64,000 bases of DNA from Bacteroidota bacterium (GTDB lineage Bacteria; Bacteroidota; Bacteroidia; CAILMK01; JAAYUY01): the NCBI GenBank assembly GCA_016776505.1, contig JADHTG010000002.1:13852-77851 (forward strand), read 5' to 3'. This document shows, one piece after another, positions 30,718-39,340 of this stretch. A program made the position numbers and the translations under genes. The stretch's first letter is position 1, and every line of letters starts with the position of its first letter. The notes beneath the pieces were generated by a model. The model saw only the letters and a list, made by a program, of their open reading frames with translations. It searched no databases and was not told where the DNA came from.

Positions 30718-30770
30718 AACTTTTAACTTTTAACTTTTAACTTTTTACTTTTTACTTTAAACTTTTAATT
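30718..30770. repeat. heptanucleotide tandem repeat, (AACTTTT)n about 7.5 copies with drift, ending 8 nt before the ssb start
   Basis: AAC TTTTAAC TTTTAAC TTTTAAC TTTTTAC TTTTTAC TTTAAAC TTTTAAT. Confidence 0.8.
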
Positions 30771-30778
30771 ACAAAATC

Positions 30779-31117
30779 ATGAACACACTACGTAACAGAG
30801 TACAATTGATCGGGAACCTTGGAGCCAACCCTGAAGTAAGGGATTTAAGTAGTGGAAAGAAAGTAGCACGCTTTTCTATTGCCACCTCGGACTCTTACAG
30901 GGACAAAGAAGGAAACCAGGTAAAAGAAACTCAATGGCACAACCTTTTGGCCTGGAACAAAACAGCCGAATTTGCAGAAAAATACCTGGAGAAAGGTAAA
31001 AGAATTGCCATTGACGGTAAATTGACCACCCGCAACTGGGAGGACGCAGAAGGCAAGAAACATTATATCACTGAAGTCATTGTAAATGAAGTAATGATGC
31101 TTGACAAAAAAGAATAG
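30779..31117 (+). CDS. ssb: single-stranded DNA-binding protein (short OB-fold form lacking the acidic C-terminal tail)
   Basis: 112 aa; VQLIGNLGANPEVR...ARFSIATSDSYRDKEGNQVKETQWHNLLAWNKTAEFAEKYLEKGKRIAIDGKLTTRNWEDAEGKKHYITEVIV is the SSB OB fold. No Gly-rich linker or DDDIPF tail. Confidence 0.85.
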   Translation: MNTLRNRVQLIGNLGANPEVRDLSSGKKVARFSIATSDSYRDKEGNQVKETQWHNLLAWNKTAEFAEKYLEKGKRIAIDGKLTTRNWEDAEGKKHYITEVIVNEVMMLDKKE

Positions 31118-31172
31118 TTTCTTCACTTTATGCAGAAATTAGCTTCCTGATTTGATCATCGGGAAGCTTTTT

Positions 31173-31856
31173 TTATTTCTTTAAAGCTTTCAGCTTTGCT
31201 TTATTCAGTTTCGATCTGGATTTAGCAATTTTTTCAGCAGATTTTTCTTCTACTTCCTGGATTTTAATATCAGCCTCCAGTTGAAATTCTCGTTTTTTTA
31301 CACGCAAAAAATCCATATACTTCAGGTTTTCAACTTCCTCAATCGCTTTTATTTGAATTAAGCCTTTTTTCCCTTTTGATTCTGCTTTTTCTTTTTTGCG
31401 ATCTGCTTTCGATTGAATTCGTTCTATTTTAACACTTGCTTTTGACTGGATGATTTTTGTCTTTTCAAAAGATTCGCTATTGATCTTTTTTCGGGTTTTA
31501 TCAATTCTTGCATCCAATATGGCTTTCTTGCTTTTAGCCAGGTTTTCTACTTTCATGTACTTCAAATCTGCTTCAGATCGCGATTCGTAGGTAACTGTTG
31601 CTGCCGTTTGGGCAGCCATTAAACTATCAAAATTGAATTGTTCCTGTATTTTATTGAGTCTTACTACTTTGCGATTAAGCTTAACCTTTTTTTGTTTTTC
31701 AACTTTTTCTTTTTTCTGCTTTTCGACTTTTACTTTTTCCTTCTTGTTTTTTTCTTTTTTATTCAATTCTCCGGATGCAATATCCTGCCCGTTTGCCATT
31801 GAATTAAAAAGCAATATCATAGCTGACAGCAAGAATATCAAATATTTATGTTTCAT
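31173..31856 (-). CDS. secreted lysine-rich low-complexity protein
   Basis: Signal peptide MKHKYLIFLLSAMILLFNSMANGQ; more than 30 percent Lys/Glu, KEK/KQK repeats. Confidence 0.5.
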   Translation of the reverse strand: MKHKYLIFLLSAMILLFNSMANGQDIASGELNKKEKNKKEKVKVEKQKKEKVEKQKKVKLNRKVVRLNKIQEQFNFDSLMAAQTAATVTYESRSEADLKYMKVENLAKSKKAILDARIDKTRKKINSESFEKTKIIQSKASVKIERIQSKADRKKEKAESKGKKGLIQIKAIEEVENLKYMDFLRVKKREFQLEADIKIQEVEEKSAEKIAKSRSKLNKAKLKALKK

Positions 31857-32056
31857 ATTTCAATCTTTGATGAAGTAGAGTATCATTCCTCAATTATTAT
31901 TCCTAAAACAAAAATATGCATAATTAAGACTAATGAGTCTATTTTAAACATAGATTAAGGGGTTCATTTCCGAAAACTGGAATGTTTCACAGAAATGAAA
32001 AGAAAAACATCGCTCAATTCAAATAAAGAAAGATTTTGTAATAAATAATATGATTC

Positions 32057-33058
32057 CTATTCACCTAAAGTAGCAACCATCACTGCTTTAATCGTATGCA
32101 TCCTGTTTTCAGCTTCATCAAAAACAATGGAAGCTTCCGATTCAAAAACTTCTTCAGTTACTTCCATTCCATCCAGGCCATATTTCTGGAATATCTCCTC
32201 CCCTATTTTTGTTTCACGGTTGTGAAATGAAGGTAAACAATGGAGAAATTTGCATGCAGGATTTGCAGTCAGCTCCATAGCTTTTTTATTGACCTGGTAT
32301 GGTTTCAATAACTCAATTCTTTCCTGCCATACACTATCAGGCTCACCCATACTAACCCAAACATCTGTATAAATAAAATCACAGTCTTCCAGGCCTTTTG
32401 CAACATCATCAGTAATAGTGATTTTTGCCCCGCTTTCTTTTGCTATTTCATTGCATTTCGTCAGCAGTTGCTCTTCTGGCTGGCAGGATTTTGGTGCAAT
32501 CGCTCTAAAGTCCATCCCCATTTTTGCGGCACCGACCAGCAGTGAATTCCCCACATTGTTTCTTGCGTCACCCATGAATGCAAATTTTATTTGATGAAGG
32601 GCTTTATCCGAATACTCCAGCATGGTCATAAAATCAGCTAATATTTGTGTAGGGTGAAATTCGGTAGTTAAGCCATTCCAAACCGGTACTCCGGCATATT
32701 TCCCTAAATCTTCAACGATATCCTGACCAAATCCCCGATATTGTATTCCATCATACATTCTACCCAATACCCTGGCTGTATCTTTCATCGATTCTTTCTG
32801 ACCGATCTGAGATCCTGTTGGTCCCAGGTAGGTGCATAGGGCACCCTGATCATAAGCAGCCACTTCAAAAGCACATCTTGTGCGTGTGGAAGATTTTTCA
32901 AAAATCAGGGCAATGTTTTTTCCGACCAGTTTTTTCTGCTCTGTCCCTGTATTTTTTGCTTCCTTCAAATCCATGGATAAATCCAGTAAATACTTTATTT
33001 CCCCGGGAGTGAAATCCAGTAATGTCAAAAAATTCCTGTTTCTTAAATTATATACCAT
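32057..33058 (-). CDS. ornithine carbamoyltransferase (probably catabolic, given the adjacent carbamate kinase)
   Basis: 333 aa; [16 protein letters not shown] and HCLP motifs. Confidence 0.88.
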   Translation of the reverse strand: MVYNLRNRNFLTLLDFTPGEIKYLLDLSMDLKEAKNTGTEQKKLVGKNIALIFEKSSTRTRCAFEVAAYDQGALCTYLGPTGSQIGQKESMKDTARVLGRMYDGIQYRGFGQDIVEDLGKYAGVPVWNGLTTEFHPTQILADFMTMLEYSDKALHQIKFAFMGDARNNVGNSLLVGAAKMGMDFRAIAPKSCQPEEQLLTKCNEIAKESGAKITITDDVAKGLEDCDFIYTDVWVSMGEPDSVWQERIELLKPYQVNKKAMELTANPACKFLHCLPSFHNRETKIGEEIFQKYGLDGMEVTEEVFESEASIVFDEAENRMHTIKAVMVATLGE

Positions 33059-33102
33059 CTTTTTATTCTTTTCATGTTTTTATGTTTTTATCTAAATACT
33101 CA

Positions 33103-33188
33103 GAAAGATTGTGAAAGACTGGGAAAGACTGGGAAAGACAGTTCTTTTGTCTTTGTATCTTGCTGTCTTTCCATCTTTTGTCTTATAC
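33103..33188. promoter_or_regulatory. array of GAAAGAC(A/T) motifs and their inverted copies (TGTCTTT) between arcC and the carbamoyltransferase gene
   Basis: GAAAGATTGTGAAAGACTGGGAAAGACTGGGAAAGACAGTTCTTTTGTCTTTGTATCTTGCTGTCTTTCCATCTTTTGTCTTATAC; it can fold into a long imperfect hairpin. Confidence 0.4.
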
Positions 33189-34127
33189 AATAGTAATCCT
33201 TGTACCTCCATCATCAATTCCCAACCTTTTGGTTTCGGTAATAATTGCATCACGACCTGTACTTTTTACAAAGCGTATTGCAGCTCTTATTTTTGGCCCC
33301 ATACTTCCTTCTGCAAACTGGCCTTCATCTAAATATTGCTGTGCTTCAGCCATGGTCATTCTATCCAATGCTTTTTCCTGAGGTGTGTTATAATTCAGGC
33401 AAACTTTTGGCACATCAGTTAAAACAAACAATTTATAAGCACCAATTTGTGAGGCAAGTAATGCAGAAGCAAGATCCTTGTCAATTACTGCATCAATTCC
33501 TTTCAGATGATGTTCTGCTGCATGATAAACAGGAATTCCTCCTCCACCGGCAGCAATTACAATCTGACCATCACGGACCAATCTTTCTATTGATTTCACA
33601 TTGTTTATGCTTCTTGGTTTTGGCGAGGCAACTAATTTTCTCCAACCTCTTTTTCTTGGGTCTTCCTTGAATTTCCATCCTGTTTCCAAAGAGATTTTTT
33701 CTGCCTCCTCTTTCGAATAAAAAGGTCCAATAGGTTTTGTGGGATTTTGAAATGCCGGATCATCTTTATTCACCATTACCTGGGTGATGATCGTAATTAT
33801 ATCCTTATCTATTTCATGTGCATTGAACACATTCCTTAACTGCTGCTCAATGACATAACCAATAAAACCCTGAGAATACGCAACTGCCACATCCAAAGGC
33901 ATATCTGGTAATCCATGCACTTGATTTCCAGCTGAATTGGCTAATAAAATATTACCCACCTGCGGACCATTCCCATGAGTCAAAACCAGGTCGTATCCAA
34001 GATTAATCAACACAAGTAGCTTTTCACAAGTTTCAAATGCATTTCGTTCCTGATCTTGAATGGTTCCTTTCTGATCGCTTCGGAGTAGTGCATTACCACC
34101 AAAAGCAACAACTGCTATTTTTTTCAT
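33183..34127 (-). CDS. arcC: carbamate kinase
   Basis: 314 aa; N-terminus MKKIAVVAFGGNAL and an IVIAAGGGGIPV glycine loop, as in carbamate kinases. Confidence 0.9.
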   Translation of the reverse strand: MKKIAVVAFGGNALLRSDQKGTIQDQERNAFETCEKLLVLINLGYDLVLTHGNGPQVGNILLANSAGNQVHGLPDMPLDVAVAYSQGFIGYVIEQQLRNVFNAHEIDKDIITIITQVMVNKDDPAFQNPTKPIGPFYSKEEAEKISLETGWKFKEDPRKRGWRKLVASPKPRSINNVKSIERLVRDGQIVIAAGGGGIPVYHAAEHHLKGIDAVIDKDLASALLASQIGAYKLFVLTDVPKVCLNYNTPQEKALDRMTMAEAQQYLDEGQFAEGSMGPKIRAAIRFVKSTGRDAIITETKRLGIDDGGTRITIV

Positions 34128-34349
34128 AAATTTTTAATTGACTCCCTGATAAAATATTATTTTGAATAATTGAACATTTGAATTTTGAACATTTGAATGA
34201 TGAAGTTATTATTTCTCCTTTTAAGCTGTTTCTTCCAATATACAACTATTGAAATCAATTCATTAGCCTTTTCTATTGACTTCTCAATTCGTTATTCTAT
34301 TGTTCTGCTCTTCAATTATTCTTTTCAATTATCTCGTTTATACATGAAT

Positions 34350-34396
34350 TTATAAAAATAAAAACGAGAGCAAAGATACGCTTTGACTCTCGTTTT
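34350..34396 (-). terminator. rho-independent terminator downstream of the GTPase-like gene (minus strand)
   Basis: AAAACGAGAG...CTCTCGTTTT hairpin followed on the minus strand by a T-rich run. Confidence 0.55.
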
Positions 34397-34413
34397 ACAT
34401 TGATTATCAGCCT

Positions 34414-35730
34414 TTATAACTGAATTAGTTTATCCAGTGTAACATCACCAATCTCCTGCAAATTGTACTCAACAGCCACAGCGTCTTTTTTGATATTAAT
34501 GATTCTTCTCAAATCGATTGGTGTTCCAATCACCACCACATCACAATCTGTATTATTGATGGTTGTTTCAAGATCCTTGATCTGCTTATCACCATATCCC
34601 ATGGCAGGCAATAATATGCCAATATCAGGATATTTTTCAAATGTGGCAGCTATTTCACCTACAGCATATGGCCTGGGATCCACCAATTCGGAAGCACCCA
34701 GTTTGAGTGCTGCAACAACGCCAGCTCCTAAATCCATTTCACCATGTGTCAATGTAGGACCATCTTCGACTACCAAACATCTTTTTCCATCAATGATATC
34801 TGGGTTGTCAACAGTAAGGGGTGAAGCAGCTTCAACTATTTTCGCTGAAGGATTTAAGAATCGAATATTATCTCTTAATTCATTGATATCTTCTAAACAG
34901 GCTGAGTCAATTTTGTTGATTACAACAATGTCTGCCATTCTTACATTGGTTTCACCGGGATGATAAGCCATTTCATGACCTACTCTCAATGGATCAACTA
35001 CCACAATTTTAATTGTTTTTGTGGTCGATCTGTAGAAAGGAATATCATTATTTCCACCATCCCAAACAATTACATCAGCTTCTTTTTCAGCTTCTCTAAT
35101 GATCGCTTCATAGTCAACGCCTGCATAAATAACATTACCCCGTGTAATATGTGGTTCATATTCTTCCATTTCTTCAATGGTACATTTGTGCTTTGCTAAA
35201 TCAGCAATTTCGCCATAACGCTGTACTTTTTGAGCTACCAGATCACCATAGGGCATAGGGTGACGGATAGCAACCGCTTTCAAACCTCTGTCGTTGAGAA
35301 TTTCCATGACTCTTCTTGTCGTTTGTGATTTGCCACAACCGGTACGGGAAGCACAAATAGAAATAACTGGTTTATCTGTTTCTACTGTTGTATTGTCTGC
35401 GCCCATGATCATAAAATCAGCACCCGCTGCATTCACAATGGCCGAATTACTCATCACCCTGTGATAGGGCACATCGCTATAAGCAAATACTACTAAATCA
35501 ATTTTTTCTGTCAAAATAATTTCCTTTAGTTCCTCTTCCGGACGAATAGGAATTCCATCAGGATACATATCAGCTCCTGCTAACTCGGCAGGATATTTCT
35601 TGTCATCAATACCTGGTATTTGTGTAGCCGTAAAAGCAATTACATGATAGTCTTTGTTAGCGCGGAAGAAAACATTAAAATTGTGAAAATCTCTTCCTGC
35701 AGCTCCCATAATTAGTGTTCTACGTGCCAT
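34414..35730 (-). CDS. P-loop GTPase-like protein of the COG2403 / cyclic 2,3-diphosphoglycerate synthetase-like family, function unknown
   Basis: 438 aa; Rossmann-like N-terminus (LIMGAAGRDFHNF), P-loop ICASRTGCGKSQTT, G4-like motif VINKID. Confidence 0.55.
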   Translation of the reverse strand: MARRTLIMGAAGRDFHNFNVFFRANKDYHVIAFTATQIPGIDDKKYPAELAGADMYPDGIPIRPEEELKEIILTEKIDLVVFAYSDVPYHRVMSNSAIVNAAGADFMIMGADNTTVETDKPVISICASRTGCGKSQTTRRVMEILNDRGLKAVAIRHPMPYGDLVAQKVQRYGEIADLAKHKCTIEEMEEYEPHITRGNVIYAGVDYEAIIREAEKEADVIVWDGGNNDIPFYRSTTKTIKIVVVDPLRVGHEMAYHPGETNVRMADIVVINKIDSACLEDINELRDNIRFLNPSAKIVEAASPLTVDNPDIIDGKRCLVVEDGPTLTHGEMDLGAGVVAALKLGASELVDPRPYAVGEIAATFEKYPDIGILLPAMGYGDKQIKDLETTINNTDCDVVVIGTPIDLRRIINIKKDAVAVEYNLQEIGDVTLDKLIQL

Positions 35731-35917
35731 ATTTAATCTTTTTATAAATTTTTAAACAATATTTAAACGACTTAAACTCTCGATCATATTTCACACAAAT
35801 CTATATTTTATAAAGCAATAAAAACAAAACAATTCATTGAAAAGTCAATGTTTCTTTTCAAAATGGAGTTTAATTGAAATAGGAATAATTTTACAGGAAA
35901 GAATGCATTGTATCTCT

Positions 35918-36649
35918 CTAAAACTTTAATTCTTCTCCAGGCTTTTTCAGCCCAAAATTTTTCCTAATTCCAAAAATGATCACATAGGCTATAGGCGTAT
36001 CCAACAATGCAATGATTACTTTGAAAAGAAAACCATTGATCAAAAGTTTCCAGAACTGCACCCATTCAATGGCACCTAATGTACATAGTAGGAAAATGAC
36101 GGTAAATGTATCGATAAGCTGGGAATTAATAGTAGATGCATTATTCCTAAGCCATAAATGCTTGCCTTTGGTCAAGCGTTTCCAGAAATGAAATAACTGG
36201 ACATCAACGAACTGGGCAAGAAGATAAGCCAATAAAGAAGAACCTACAGCAACAAAAGTGAGTCCAAACACCTTTGTAAATTGTTCATTCGAAACAGGAC
36301 TCCAAATGGTAGCAGGAGCTTTATTTGCCACCACAATAATGAGCAAAGTAAATAAACTGGCGAACAAGCCTGCAATCACCACTCGATTGGCTCGCTTCCT
36401 TCCGTAGACTTCTGAAATAATATCAGTAACAAGGAAGGTAATAGGATATGGTAAAATACCAACCGATAATTCAAAAGTATACCATCCAAACGGGGTCCAG
36501 TGAAAGAATTTTTGAAATATTAAATTACCAGTAATCAAAGCAGCAATAAATAATCCACCCAGTATAAGATAAATTGTTTCAGCTTGCCGTTTCTTTGATT
36601 CAACCATTTTATTATCCCATTCTATATTCTCTTTCTTGCTAATATCCAT
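35918..36649 (-). CDS. queuosine-precursor transporter YhhQ family (DUF165) membrane protein
   Basis: 243 aa, 6 TM helices; the conserved GILPYPITFLVTDIISEVYG motif. Confidence 0.75.
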   Translation of the reverse strand: MDISKKENIEWDNKMVESKKRQAETIYLILGGLFIAALITGNLIFQKFFHWTPFGWYTFELSVGILPYPITFLVTDIISEVYGRKRANRVVIAGLFASLFTLLIIVVANKAPATIWSPVSNEQFTKVFGLTFVAVGSSLLAYLLAQFVDVQLFHFWKRLTKGKHLWLRNNASTINSQLIDTFTVIFLLCTLGAIEWVQFWKLLINGFLFKVIIALLDTPIAYVIIFGIRKNFGLKKPGEELKF

Positions 36650-36685
36650 GAATAATATAGTATATTTAAAATCGAAATTTATAGC

Positions 36686-37852
36686 ATGTTAAACATCGCA
36701 TTATTCGGACCCCCTGGGGCTGGCAAAGGTACGCAATCCGAGTTTCTGATTAAAAAGTACAATCTTTTCTATATCTCCACGGGAGATTTGCTGAGAAAAG
36801 AGATGAGTGAAAAATCTGAATTGGGAATGATGGCTCAAAATGTAATTGCAGCCGGAGGGCTTGTTTCAGATGAGATTATTGTTCAGATCATTGAAAAAAC
36901 TATAACCAGTCATCCTGAATCAAATGGTTTTTTATTCGATGGTTTCCCAAGAACACAAATACAGGCATATATCCTGGTAGGTCTGATGATCAAATTAAAT
37001 ACCTCCCTTAATTGTCTCATCAATCTGGATGTTCCGGAAAAAGTTTCAATTACCAGATTATTGAACAGGGGGAAAACTTCGGGAAGGTCGGATGATAATG
37101 AAAAAGTGATCCGCAACAGGTTAAATGAATACCATGAGAAAACCTTAGCTGTATTGCAATTTTTCAAAGAAAGAGGGAAATACAGGGAAGTTCAGGGAGC
37201 GCAGTCTATCGAGAAGGTTCAGAAGGATATTCAGACCATCATTAATGAAGAATTAAGCAAAAGCCTGCTAAATATTGTATTATTTGGATACCCGGGTTCT
37301 GGAAGAGGATCGCAGGGAAGAGCATTAGCTGAAAAATACAACCTGGAATATGTAGCTACAGGCCCTATGCTGGATCAGGAAATAAAGAAAAAATCTGCTT
37401 TAGGAAAAAGCATCAAAGATCACTACAACAATGGACAATTAGTTCCTGATGAAATAGTTGTAAAGCTGATTGAAAAAAAACTGGAAAACACACAAAATAC
37501 GAAAGGATTTATTTTCAAAGGCTTTCCGCGGACACTTGTACAGTCTTATATTTTAGACGGCCTCCTGAAGAAACATGGTACAGCTATATCCCAGATCATT
37601 GAAATTGAAGTGCCGACCCTGGAGTTGATTAAACGCCTGAATACCCGAAGTAAAACAAAGCGATGCATGCCATATGACACCAGTACATCAAAAATTGTAA
37701 AACGACTGCAGGAACATAAATTAAAGACTGTTCCTGTTATTGAAAAATATAATCAAATACATGAAGTAATCAAAATCAATGGGGAGGAGAGCTTTGAGGA
37801 TGTTTTTCAGAACCTTTCTTATGAGATAGAGAATAGATTTAAAAACATGTGA
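36686..37852 (+). CDS. adk: tandem-duplicated adenylate kinase: a canonical short-type Adk domain fused to a second, degenerate Adk-like domain
   Basis: 388 aa. Domain 1 has the P-loop GPPGAGKGTQ, TGDLLR and GFPRT. Domain 2 has GYPGSGRGSQ (catalytic Lys replaced by Arg), TGPMLD (Arg lost) and GFPRT. Confidence 0.8.
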   Translation: MLNIALFGPPGAGKGTQSEFLIKKYNLFYISTGDLLRKEMSEKSELGMMAQNVIAAGGLVSDEIIVQIIEKTITSHPESNGFLFDGFPRTQIQAYILVGLMIKLNTSLNCLINLDVPEKVSITRLLNRGKTSGRSDDNEKVIRNRLNEYHEKTLAVLQFFKERGKYREVQGAQSIEKVQKDIQTIINEELSKSLLNIVLFGYPGSGRGSQGRALAEKYNLEYVATGPMLDQEIKKKSALGKSIKDHYNNGQLVPDEIVVKLIEKKLENTQNTKGFIFKGFPRTLVQSYILDGLLKKHGTAISQIIEIEVPTLELIKRLNTRSKTKRCMPYDTSTSKIVKRLQEHKLKTVPVIEKYNQIHEVIKINGEESFEDVFQNLSYEIENRFKNM

Positions 37853-38088
37853 TAATAACTGAGATGATCTTGCATCCGCCATGATCCGGAATTCCAAATC
37901 AATTATTTGAAAGCATTTTTTAGAGCAGTTTATTTTTGCACCAGAATTGCTTAACAAGTAGCTCAGATTATTAGCTTTCTTAAAATGATCGACTGCAGAT
38001 TAAAAAAAAACATCAATAATTTGCCTGATATTAATACTGATCACTTAACAAAAATGTATATTAATTTCAGTTAAAAACCCAATAACAG

Positions 38089-39213
38089 ATGAATAAAGGA
38101 CGATTACATCTTCTATTGATAGTCATTGGAATACTTGCCATTTCAATATTTGCCATGAGCGGATTATCCAGAATGAAGAAAGAAACAAAATCAGCACATC
38201 AACAGGATATGAAGCGATACGTAAAAGCAAGAAAAGTAGAATACGATACCATCGCTACGATGATAGAAGCCACAGGCCGACTGGAATCAAAAAGTTTTGT
38301 GGACTTAAGCGCTGAAGTACAGGGAATGATATTAGCTGGGAATGTGCCCCTAAAGAAAGGGCAAAAATTCCTGAAGGGGACTGTTTTAGTGAGAATTTAT
38401 GACAAAGAGGCAGTATTGAATTTAAAAGCAGCTAAAAGCAGATTTTTAACTTCTTTGGCAAATATCCTTCCTGATTTAAATATAGATTTCCCGGAGAATT
38501 ACGCAAGCTGGATGAGTTTTTTCGAACAGATAAATATAAATAATCCTTTACCTGACTTACCTGAGATTAAATCTGCAAAGGAAAAGATTTTTGTATCCAG
38601 CAGGAATATTCTGGCAGATTATTTCACCATTCAAAGCACCGAAATCCGTTTAAGTAAATACACTATTCATGCACCTTTCAATGGAGTGTACACCCATGTG
38701 TATGCGGAGGTAGGCGCGGTTGCCAATCCCGGGATTCGTCTTGCTACTATCATAAGAACAGATGAACTTGAATTGGAGGTACCCATCGGTATAGACGAAA
38801 TTAAATGGTTAAAAGTAGGGAGTCCGGTGATTATCAGAAATGAGGAAAAATCAAAAAGATGGGCAGGTGTGGTCAGCCGTATATCAGATTTTGTAGATGC
38901 CCAAACTCAGTCCATAAGTGTATTTGTCAAGATTTCAGTAGATAAAAATAAACCCCTGTTTAAAGGACAATACCTGAGAGCAGAATTTACCGGAAACACC
39001 CTCTATGGTGCGATGGAGATTAGCCGAAAAGCTGTATTCGATCAGGATAAGGTGTATACTATTGAAAATGGTAAATTAAAAAAAAGAACTATACAGGTGC
39101 TTAAGATATATAACAAAACACTCTTGTTTGCAGGCATTAGGTCAGGCACATTAATCGTAACAGAAGCTTTAATTAATCCTGTTGAGGGTTCTGAAGTTGA
39201 AATCCTTGAATGA
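38089..39213 (+). CDS. efflux RND transporter periplasmic adaptor (membrane fusion protein)
   Basis: 374 aa; N-terminal TM anchor, then coiled-coil, lipoyl and beta-barrel domain pattern. Confidence 0.8.
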   Translation: MNKGRLHLLLIVIGILAISIFAMSGLSRMKKETKSAHQQDMKRYVKARKVEYDTIATMIEATGRLESKSFVDLSAEVQGMILAGNVPLKKGQKFLKGTVLVRIYDKEAVLNLKAAKSRFLTSLANILPDLNIDFPENYASWMSFFEQININNPLPDLPEIKSAKEKIFVSSRNILADYFTIQSTEIRLSKYTIHAPFNGVYTHVYAEVGAVANPGIRLATIIRTDELELEVPIGIDEIKWLKVGSPVIIRNEEKSKRWAGVVSRISDFVDAQTQSISVFVKISVDKNKPLFKGQYLRAEFTGNTLYGAMEISRKAVFDQDKVYTIENGKLKKRTIQVLKIYNKTLLFAGIRSGTLIVTEALINPVEGSEVEILE

Positions 39214-39340
39214 CATATCGGTTCACTGCTTTTGAAAAGATCATGAGTACTATTTTACAGATTCCAGAATTTGAGTATATGAAAGTTCCCGGACAGAACA
39301 GGAGAAAGCAACTCTCACATAAAAAACAAATGAAAGACAG

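Noticed and set aside
30718-30770. Heptamer tandem repeat as a possible CRISPR array
   Set aside because: The units are 7 nt and directly abutting with no spacers, and there are no cas genes. It is a simple microsatellite-like repeat, not CRISPR.
32057-34127. Calling the arc genes a complete arginine deiminase (ADI) operon
   Set aside because: No arginine deiminase (arcA) or arcD antiporter is present in the window, so only a carbamate kinase and carbamoyltransferase pair is annotated.
34463-35199. Plus-strand ORFs 34463..34963 and 34960..35199 antisense to the COG2403-like gene
   Set aside because: They are Ser/Thr/Ala-rich mirror translations of a conserved minus-strand gene and have no independent support.
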